Assembly: GCA_965235115.1 (NCBI GenBank)
Contig: OZ249442.1
Location: 2,790,001 to 2,854,000, forward strand
Direction of reading: 5' to 3'
From: Laetmonice hystrix
Lineage: Eukaryota
Length of the DNA: 64,000 nt
Positions 20,889 through 32,200 of the stretch are shown piece by piece (within the stretch, counting starts at the first letter, position 1; every line of letters starts with the position of its first letter). The notes beneath the pieces were generated by a model. The model saw only the letters and a list, made by a program, of their open reading frames with translations. It made no database searches and was not told the DNA's origin. Made by a program: the position numbers and the translations under genes.

Positions 20889-23156
20889 TATTCTGACCAG
20901 AGAGAGAATATTCCAAATTCTAGAATCTCATACATGAGTATCTAAAATATACCACCCCGTACGTGACTATATATAATCACCGTCTATTATACACTATTGT
21001 ATGATATCCCTCTACCGGTGGATACACGCTCTTTATCTTACAAAGAATATCATGCACATGAGAAAAATCCTTATTAGGGATGGAATCCTTACATAGTGTT
21101 GTGCTGTGTGGTGTAACTCTTCGTCTATCTCGACATTAACCGACATTCCGTCAATCTACGTGTCACTCTGGATGAGGTGGTCAACAAAAAACTGATACTT
21201 TCAACTGGATATATACACCTAGAAATGAATCTGAGAATGAGGCCAGCCCGACACGGGCAGGCGACTACATGATGAATGTGTGGGGATGAATCTATGAAGG
21301 CCACTGTAAATAACTGCGCAAACAATAGGAGTAACAAGATGCTAATCTTCAGTGCTACCTGGAGATCAGCTGAGAAATGTTTAACATAAATCTTACAATC
21401 TGTGTGCAGCGAGTACTGCACGCGAGAGGGTGCCACAACCTTACAACAACATTGAAATAAGTATGCTCAAGTCAGTCAACACTTCGCCAGTGTTGTGTCT
21501 GTGTGACAACGGTCGGGTCACTACATATCACTTCTAGCAAACAGCAACCGTTTCCCCTTCCAATCATGAATAAAAAAAAAAAACTATATAATTAACTCAT
21601 TGCTTAGTCAAAGTGCTAAGATCAAAATTAACCATCCAAAAAAATGATGTTATATAATTAGGATTCTTCTTAAGACATGCAACTCTAGAAATCCAAGCAA
21701 CATATGGTACCGACACTGACGGGTTTTGTTCAACATTAGTTAACAGTTCAGCAAGTTCGAGAAATAAACACAAATTGCATTATATTTATTAAAATGTCAC
21801 CTTGGCCATGCCAGTGCGAGGTAGCATATAACACGCCATATACCGGTAATAGATATGACATCTGACATATTTAACGTTTGATGTAAGAAAGGATGTTTAA
21901 ACATCTCGACTGTAGATTGAAGACCATGTTACAATCGGAATAAATAGATGTACTTTAAGATCGCTAGAGTGTGAGAGATATGAGACAATGTCTCTTTGTT
22001 TCTGACGATGATTTATTCCAGCACGATCCTAGAGACGCCAGGTTCATACAGAGGACGTGTAATTAAAGGTCAAGGTCTGTGACGTATATCTTTGATCAAA
22101 TCCTACCGTTCGTCAGTCTCACAGAACTCAGACCTCAGTCAGCGGAACCTCTCACACTCTGACTTCATCCTCACACAGAACTAACAACATGTTACAAGTA
22201 TCTTCACATTCTTCGCCTGGATGAAATGTACAACACTCAATGAGTTGGACGACTTGCTCTTCAAACAAATCTTTCATTACCCACTGCGACAGGGAGTACA
22301 TTATACATTGTAGTAGAAAATAATTAATTCTGACATACTCTTTCACAATTAGCAGAGCTGTTGCGTTTTTAGCCTGCACCTATACATTCTTCATGTCGTA
22401 CTACTTTTTGCCAGGGGTTTAGAGATTTTTTAAAATATTGCCACTACAATTTGGATTAGTTTTCTCTTCTGTATCATGGGGCGGCAACTACAGCGGTTCC
22501 TGCGAGTCCAGGCAGAAAATATCCTATTTATATATTATAGGTTAGGGTCTGCTACTTGTATACAGGGACTGTATTAAGGTATGTACTTCCCCATCTTCCC
22601 TCATACCGTTTTGAATATTTTATATAAAGTAGTTTTTGTTTCTAGATTGAGATAATCTGAGACTTGGCAGGCCACTGTCTGCCACTTGTCTTCATGATCG
22701 GAATCAAACTCACTATATAACATTTGTAAACATGGAAGTCTTCATCCCACCAGGTGACTTGTTGGATTCAATGCCAACTCTTGGTTCAACTAGTGATCAT
22801 TATAACCCATTATGTTTTCATCTCTCGTAACTCTCTCTGGACTCATCTAGACATCAACAACAGTCGTTAGTAATCTCATAAAATCCAATTTCTACTGTAT
22901 AGCGGATATATCAAAATCCCTCATCAGGGCTGAACTCTGTGCCGTCAGGACCAGACAAGGTACTCCCGGCAGATGGCGTGCCGGTCAATGAGCTCTCGGA
23001 ATCATCTGTCTTCAGTTCCCCTGGACACCCGCCTTCAGTTCCCCCGACTTCCGCTAGGTGGCGAGCCAGTTAATGTAATGTTGGAATCAACTGTCTTCGG
23101 TTCCCCTGACTCCCGCCAGGTGTCTTCAGTTCCCCCGACTCCCGCCAAGCGGCGCC

Positions 23157-23249
23157 TCACGCAAGGAGACCGAGCCGCTGGACCTTGGCTGAGAGGAACG
23201 TATGCAGAATGAAAACGATTGGTTTGGGACTGGAGTGCATGTCCAACTC
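23157..23249 (-). CDS. SNTB1: Syntrophin canonical last coding exon
   Basis: GATTGCAG| acceptor; encodes [30 protein letters not shown]. Confidence 0.92.
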   Translation of the reverse strand, partial: ELDMHSSPKPIVFILHTFLSAKVQRLGLLA

Positions 23250-26200
23250 CTGCAATCAAAAGTCCAAACAGTTCATTGTAATACTTTGATCCAAACAGTT
23301 CATTGTAATACTTTGATCCAAACAGTTCATTGTAATACTTTGACCAAACAGTTCATTGTAATACTTTGATCCAAACAGTTCATTGTAATACTTTGACCAA
23401 ACAGTTCATTGTAATACTTTGATCCAAACACTTCATTGTAATACTTTGACCAAACAGTTCATTGTAATACTTTGACCAAACAGTTCATTGTAATACTTTG
23501 ATCCAAACACTTCATTGTAATACTTTGACCAAACAGTTCATTGTAATACTTTGATCCAAACACTTCATTGTAATACTTTGACCAAACAGTTCATTGTAAA
23601 ACTTTGACCAAACAGTTCGTTGTAATACTTTGATCCAAACAGTTCATTGTAATACTTTGATCCAAACAGTTCATTGTAATACTTTGTTCCAAACAGTTCA
23701 TTGTAATACTTTGACCAAACAGTTCATTGTAATACTTTGATTCAAACAGTTCACTGTATCCAAAGAGTTCATTGTAATACTTTGATTCAAACAGTTCATT
23801 GTAATACTTTGACCAAATAGTTCATTGTAATACTTTGATCCAAACAGTTCATTGTAATACTTTGACCAAACAGTTCATTGTAATACTTTGATTCAAACAG
23901 TTCACTGTATCCAAAGAGTTCATTGTAATACTTTGATTCAAACAGTTCATTGTAATACTTTGATTCAAACAGTTCACTGTATCCAAAGAGTTCCTTGTAA
24001 TACTTTGATCCAAAGAGTTCCTTGTAATACTTTGACCCAGTGATTGGTATCAAACTAACGACGAAAACATAATGGTATGTACGTGTACAACTTGTGGCAG
24101 TGAATCTCAGTTACGTTTCTAAGTTTTCGAAGTCTTCCCTTTCCTATCACATAATTATTATCTCTGACCAACAAGAAACACTAGAGGCAGTGGACGTGTA
24201 GTACAGTGTTTAGAGTTGTTGTTTACAGTGTCAGATAACACTGCGGTAACTTAGCATCCAATGTTGTCCTCTTGATGCCCGCCGTGTACATATATGTACA
24301 TGACGTGTACGTGCATATACCTGGGACAAGAAGAAGGGGTTTATCAACCAAGAAGTTTACCAACAATGTTTTTAGGGGTTATCTCACGTGCCGAATCGAC
24401 CGGAGTGATTCGACCGAACCGGATTCAGAAGTGGAGAAAAACGACGAGAGCAGTAGGCAGTAGTCCTATGACATAGTCGCTACATTTATAAAACTTTCTT
24501 ACTTAATACCCACCAAACTCACTAAAAACGATCGGGGAACTACGGATGTCATCTGAGAGGTGAAGTTCAAACATATTTCTTTTGTGAAACGCCAACTATT
24601 ACTTGAACTTCGTGAGACAACCCCTTTAAAACTAGGACCAGAAAATCATCACTTTCAACTTGCAGGAAGGAAGGATTTTGGAAACCTGAGGTTTCAAAGT
24701 TTACACCACTTTTTAAAACCTGAGGTTTCTCACAGCAGTCAAAGCATTCAAACTCTCGACCTATAAATCCAACAAAGACTTTTCCTTTATCTTAAACATG
24801 ATGAGAAAGGTACAGTGTCAACTCGGGCAATTCAGCTCACGTCATGCAAGAACGAGATCTGCAACAAAGTCAAACGATCAGAGTAGACGGAGAAAACGAT
24901 TCTAGTAATTCTGTATGGCAGAGTGACCAGGGTTGGGGGTGGGTGGGTGGGTGGTAATTTCAAACATGGATAAATCCCTGCAGCCGTGCCATCAGCAGAA
25001 TCAGGAATCTTGGTGTCTGAGAGCCATTGTGACCTTGACAGCAGCGGAGTTTGACCTCTCGCACGGTCTCTTCACATGAGGACTGCGTCAAAGTAGGTTC
25101 TCGCCGAGAGAAACACTTGCAACGTAAACACAAACGGTTTCGGGTTTTCTTCCAACGTGAGCTCCTAAAACATCATTCAAATCCCCCATCAACATCAGTT
25201 CAAACTGTCTGAACCCTGAGTAGAGCTAATAAAAATCATTCAAATCCCCCATCAACATCAGTTCAAACTGTCCTAACTTTCAGTCTAGCTTCCGAAACAT
25301 AACGCAAGAGTTTTTAGGCCAAGGTCCTGCACATAAAAGCTTTTACATCAGGACAACACGGTACCGGCATACATGACCTTGACCGAATTATTATAAAATA
25401 TCTCCTCAATCAGTCACCTGTTCTCCTTCCTCGCCGAAGTCGAGCCAGAGAAGTCGGATTCCATCATCGGCTGACATTCGTAGTTTCTCGTACGGGTAGT
25501 GCCAGAAGATGTGGTTCCGTCGACCATCCTGTGTATTGCGCATGTCGGTCAACGTGAAGCCGTGATCATAGTGTAAGGTCAACCTCGCTTCTTGACCTTG
25601 CCACGTGGTGGCTGCCAATACAAACGTTATAACTTTACCACCCGCCACGTGGTGGCTGCCAATACAAACGTTATAACTTTACCACCTGCCACGTGGTGGC
25701 TGCCAATACAAACGTTACAACTTTACCACCTGCCACGTGGTGGCTGCCAATACAAACGTTACAACTTTACCACCCGCCACGTGGTGGCTGCCAATACAAA
25801 CGTTACAACTTTACCACCCGCCACGTGGTGGCTGCCAATACAAACGTTACAACTTTACCACCCGCCACGTGGTGGCTGCCAATACAAACGTTACAACTTT
25901 ACCACCCGCCACGTGGTGGCTGCCAATACAAACGTTACAACTTTACCACCCGCCACGTGGTGGCTGCCAATACAAACGTTATAACTTTACCACCCGCCAC
26001 GTGGTGGCTGCCAATACAAACGTTACAACTTTACCACCCGCCACGTGGTGGCTGCCAATACAAACGTTATAACTTTACCACCCGCCACGTGGTGGCTGCC
26101 AATACAAACGTTATAACTTTACCACCCTTGGACAAAAATCATACCTGGGACCAGTTAAAAAAAAAACTTCAGATCTCACTTAAGCTCCTGTTTCTGATTG

Positions 26201-29200
26201 GCTGGTCTAAAAACAGACCAGCCAATCAAGAGCAAGATCTTAAGTTTTGAAAGACTGGTGCCTGGCGTTTGTCGGGTGAAAAGACCGAAATGAATTCATT
26301 ACAACAAATGTCTATGGTAGAGTTTTATTTATAAGTTGATATTTTGTCTGAGTATCTCTACACCCCTAAGTATGATGAACACAGTTCTATCCTTTGTCCT
26401 CGACCAGATCCAGCTTTTTTCAATTCAATGTGGATGTTGATGTGGGTGTAGATGCGAATGTTTAAGTTGAGTTGAGTTCTTTATTATCCCATTTCCCTGA
26501 CGGGGAAATGGGATTTTGATTTTGTATGGTTTCGTCTACACTATTATTATTATTATCCCGTTTCCGCTTCCAGCGGAAACGGGATTTTGTTCTTGTACGA
26601 ATTCGTCATCTCTATTATTATTATTATTATTATTGTTGTAGTAGCCTAAGGTGAATATCTCAGAAGCTATTAGAGCTATCTTTCTAAAATTTTGCGCACA
26701 TGTTCATTATGGCCCCTAGGCGCAAAATTTCGAAAAATAAGGTCACGTGACCTAAGGTCACGGTGCTATTAGGTCACAAAGTGGTCAGAGTGGTCAAGCA
26801 GTTCTCAGTCCCTGGGGGGTCCAGAGTCAAACTATTGGGATGCAGCAACTAGGCTTTTAGTTCTTAACAATTTGCCATATTCATTTGACCTTTGACCTTT
26901 GACCTTTGTCAGATATAGGTCACATCTCAAAAACCGCTTTAAACTATTCACAGGCCACAATTCTTTATGAAATTCAACTAAACTGCAGATTATAACACGC
27001 AATGGAGAGCCGAAAAAAGTCTATTATATTAGAACTTGCTTTGACCTATATTGAGTGAGTAACGTGACCTTAAAGTCTTTAACTTGAACCGTTTGTATAA
27101 AAGGGCCTGTAACTTGAAAAGGGTAAGAGATAGGCCCATGGTTCCTCTTGAACTCAAATAGGAAGTCATATATGCTCTTTCAAATAGCGCCATTTTTAAT
27201 GATGTCACGTGACCCTATATGGCTGTATGACGTCATCAGTATATTCAGATGGCTATAACTTGGAAACAGAGCCACATAGGCCCATGGTTACCATTGAACA
27301 CAAATAGGAAGTCATATATGGCCTTTCAAGTGACACCATTCTTAATGATGTCACGTGACCCTATATGGCTGTATGACGTCATCAGTATTTTCAGATGGCT
27401 ATAACTTGGAAACAGAGCCACATAGGCCCATAGTTACCATTGAACACAAATAGGAAGTCATATATGGCCTTTCCAGCAAAACCATTTTTAATGATGTCAC
27501 GTGACCCTATATGGCAGTATGACGTCATCAGTATTTTTATTTGGCTATAATTCTGAAACAGAGCCACATAGGCCCATAGTTACTATTGAATTCATATAGG
27601 AAGTCATATATGGCCTTTCCAGTCACCCCATTTTTAATGATGTCACGTGACCCGATATGGCAGTATGACGTCATCAGTATATTCAGATGGCTATAACTTG
27701 GAAACAAAGCTAGATACGCCCATAGTTACCATTGAACACAAATAGGAAGTCACATATGGCCTTTCCAGCAAAACCATTTTTAATGATATCACGTGACCCT
27801 ATATGGCAGTATGACGTCATCAGTATTTTCATTTGGCTATAATTTTGAAACAGAGCCACATAGGCCCATAGTTACTATTGAACTCATATAGGAAGTCATA
27901 TATGGCCTTTCCAGTCACACCATTTTTAATGATGTCACGTGACCCGATATGGCAGTATGACGTCATCAGTATATTCAGATGGCTATAACTTGGAAACAGA
28001 GCTAGATAGGCCCATAGTTACCATTGAACTTATATAGGAAGTGATATATGTCCTTTCAAATGCCACCATTTTAAATGATGTCATATGACCATATATGGCT
28101 GTATGACGTCATCAGTATGTTCAATTGGCTGTAACTTGCAAACAGAGCTACATAGGCCCAGAGTTACCATTGAAATGATATAGGAAGTCATATATGGCCT
28201 TTTTGTTGACGCCATTTTTAGTTATGGTACGTGACCCTTGTATGACGTCATCAGTATTTACAGGTGGCTGTAGCTAGGAGCTGAATGTTTACAGTGTAGA
28301 TCAATGTTTACAATGTTGTTCACAATATTTTTTTTTTGGTCTTGTGCTGCTTCCATGCTATAAGAAGGAAACGGGATACATGGTGTTGCCTTGCAACTCC
28401 TTGCAACTAGTTATTATTATTCCTGTTGTAAGACAAAGTGTATATCTCGGTCACTTTTTAAGATAGCAGGTTGAAACTTGCAGGGAGGGTTCATCATGGG
28501 ATGAAGATCTGTGCATATGAAGCAGGACTTCATGCGACGTCATGTCTTGGTTTTATGACGTCTCAAACACGTCACATGGAGCATCAATTTATCAACTCCC
28601 AACACAAAACAACTGTTACTTGGGGAAATATTGGTTATAGATCCTCTTCGTGGATGGTTCTCTAAGATACTTGTTCCATAACTTGACCTTCGATCATTAC
28701 CTTTTCTGAGATTCGGGTCAAAGGTCACAATATGGTTAAATCCTTACTACTCTCTCATTTTTATGAAAATCTTGACCAAACCACTTCTGGATGTTCCTAG
28801 TGGATAGCTTAAAATTGTGGGGCCGTTGTTTAGCGATCGGACCTTTTTTCACTGAATCACGTGACATCAAAGTTTGATTTTTTGGTCAGTTTACCAGAAA
28901 TCGGTCATATCTCTGGCAGTTTTTAACTGATCTTAATGAAACTTGGTAGACTTAAAGAGGATGGGATGCTGAGCTAGATTTATGCAAACTTTTTTCTGTG
29001 ACGTCACTCTTTTGTGTCATGAAGTCATCCACCTATTTCAAATAGGACCCAGGTACCTCTATACCCGTGAGTCTCAATAGCTGAGTGGGTAGCATGCCCG
29101 ACCTAAAGGCTGGAGATCATCGGTTCGAATCCCACCAAGTACAAAAACTTTTTTCTCATTTTTCACACTCTGAAAACCAAAGCACCACCAGGCAGCATAT

Positions 29201-32200
29201 GAGGCCTTGTCACAGTCATAGTTATGAAATGTTTTGACATACATGGTTCTCAAAGATAAAGTTTACCAGAAATCGGTCATATCTCTGGCAGTTTTTAACA
29301 GATCTTAACGAAACTTAATAGGCTTAAAGAGGATGGGATGCTGAGCTAGATTTATGCAAACTTTTTTCTGTGACGTCACTCTTTTGTGTCATGACGTCAT
29401 CCACCTATTTCAAATAGGACCTAGGTACCTCTACAAGCGTGAGTCTCAATAGCTGAGTTGGTAGCATGCCCGACCTAAAGGCCGGAGATCATGGGTTCGA
29501 ATCCCACCAAATACGGAATTTTTTTTCTCATTTTTCAGACTCTGAATACCAAAACACCACCAGGCAGGATATGAGGCCTTGTCAAAATCATAGTTATGAA
29601 ATATTTTGACATACATGGTTTTCAGAGATAATTTTCCCATAACTTGACCTCTGTCAATTACCCTTTCTGAGATTTGGGACAAAGGTTCCAGGACTGACAG
29701 TGACAGTAAAACCAAGATGGCAGAGTGGTAAGGCTATGGGCCACTTTAGTTACTTGATAGCATACGAATGGCACCTGGCGTTTTCCTCATGACGTCCGGA
29801 GGAAATGGGATTAGTGTATTGCTTGCAATCATGATGTCTAGTTTTAAATTTATTTTGTTGGCAGGTGTGGGTGTGTGTAGGGGTGTGGGTGTGTGTATGG
29901 GTGTGGGTGTGGGTGTGGGTGTGGGTGTGGGTATAGGGACTACTCACCACACGACACCTCCTTGACGAGTACGGCTGACGTGTGTGCAGTCTGGACGAGG
30001 ATACGTGACCACGTGGACAGATCTCGCTGAGTTTCTACCCTGAACACGTGTGACTCTACTCCTTGTCTCGTACCAGACCGAGTACCAAACGTCAACACCT
30101 CCGAACCTCCCAGCGCACACAACTGTTTCCCGGAATGCACCAATCTGTACCAACAGAAAAATTCAAACAAATATATACAAATTTTACTCTAGCTTTTTTC
30201 AGGGAACATTGCGATGTTTTTTCTGGGAACATTGTAATGTTTTTCAGGGAACATTGTATTGTTTTTCAGGGAACATTGTATTGTTTTTCAGGGAACATTG
30301 TAATGTTTTTCTGGGAACATTGTGATGTTTGTCAAGGAACATTGTGATGTTTTTCAGCGAACATTGTATTGTTTTTTAGGCGACTGCTGCTTGGACTTGC
30401 TGCTTGGACTTGTATAATGATCATTTAAAAAAGCAGCAACTTTTAGTAAAAGCTCAAAAACCAAACTGCTCTACCATACGACTTACTGCTACACAAAGAC
30501 ACAGCTGTTCTTAAAAAGGTCATCCATGCGTGAACCAAGACGATAAAACTAAAGGTTTTCAAGCCAGCATAATATAAAGTCGGACAGCGAGACGCTGCGA
30601 CTTAAAGCCTCACTGAGATACAATATAACCACGAGGTATGATGATACAAATGTTTTCAGAATAAAGCACAGTGCACTGCACCAGCAGTAACTAGGTAACG
30701 GATTAAAACTCAATGAAATCATAATTGCCTCCTTGCAAGTATGATGTTCTGCCCACAAGATGTTCTAGTAAACTACAGGCTATGACAGCTTGGTCAGACT
30801 GGAGGCTGTAAACATCGGACGTCGAGGGCTTCATTCACAAATTGATACTCTGAACATTTCCTTCACACATACATCCTGTTTGCGAAAATACACCTGTGGT
30901 TGAGATCAAGATATATTTTCCCTATATAAATACACCCCCCCCCCCCCCCCCCCACACACACACACCCACCAGACACAGGAGTTATTCAATGTACAGTATA
31001 TTCTACATAACCGTCTGACCAGGGCCACCCTCCTACTCTACTTTAAACACTAGAGGTGAGGTATTATATTGTGATGGTGCTGCCATCTATGATTACCTAA
31101 CGTCACCAGCAATGCTACTCGCTGAGTACACACCCACTGTCCAGGAACGGGTTGGCGACAGAAACTCTGTTTTTTGTATTGTCTTATGACTGAAATTATT
31201 CATCCTGCTGTCTGAATTCTCATTTCGCGCCAAATCTGGGGTACTACCAACTATATTGTGATTAGTGTCTATATTGTATAATCTACTCCATACAGACGGA
31301 TATTGTACATTTATAACAAAGTAAAGCCACTAACAGTCTAGAACTGAATGTTCCCGTATCATGATAATCAAAACATGCATTTCCTCTAACTACGGACACC
31401 GAATCCAAACTGGACTAATTTCTCAATCAGCAAATGTGTGCAAAAGTGAGGACGTCAAAGGAAGCAAGTGATAGAGGTCACATGACAATGGTTGTTGATA
31501 TCGAGTCTGGAGAATCGAGTGGTGTTGACAATTTGAGAGGAGCATGCCGAGAGGTGACAGGAGGAATTATACATACCCAAAGTGCAACCTTCAGTGTCCG
31601 ATTGGAATATGAAACGTGTAAAAGATCATTGTGTATCATTGTGAAACAATGTGTCAAGGTGACAAATGGGTGAGAAATAATGCCAGCCCGATGCTGAAAG
31701 CAAAGGTCATGGTTGATGAGGTACTACTGGCCAGCTGGGCTGGCATGTGGGGCCCTAGTCATGGTATACTGTGACAGTGGGCCTGGCAGGTGGGGCCCTG
31801 GTCATGGTATACTGTGACAGTGAGCCTGGCAGGTGGGGCCCTAGTCATGGTATACTGTGACAGTGGGCCTGGCAGGTGGGGCCCTAGTCATGGTATACGG
31901 TGACAGTGGACCTGGCAGGTGGGGCCCTAGTCATGGTATACGGTGACAGTGGACCTGGCAGGTGGGGCCCTAGTCATGGTATAAGGTGACAGTGGGCCTG
32001 GCAGGTGGGGCCCTAGTCATGGTATACGGTGACAGTGGACCTGGCAGGTGGGGCCCTAGTCATGGTATACGGTGACAGTGGACCTGGCAGGTGGGGCCCT
32101 AGTCATGGTATACTGTGACAGTGGGCCTGGCAGGTGGGGCCCTAGTCATGGTATACGGTGACAGTGGACCTGGCAGGTGGGGCCCTAGTCATGGTATACG

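Larger units (their letters stand above)
28889..29632. repeat. 372-bp tandem duplication, each copy with a tRNA-derived segment
   Basis: GTTTACCAGAAATCGGTCATATC at 28889 and 29261. Confidence 0.85.
26481..29842 (+). mobile_element. Outer Helentron-associated (HINE/DINE-1-like) non-autonomous element
   Basis: 5' sub-TIR ATCCCATTTCC with adjacent hairpin and (ATT)n; 3' sub-TIR GGAAATGGGAT at 29801, palindrome ATTGCTTGCAAT, CTAGT end in T-rich context. Confidence 0.65.

Noticed and set aside
29071-29513. Functional tRNA genes
   Set aside because: The acceptor stem does not pair and there is no canonical 5-bp/7-nt anticodon arm; kept only as tRNA-derived relics.
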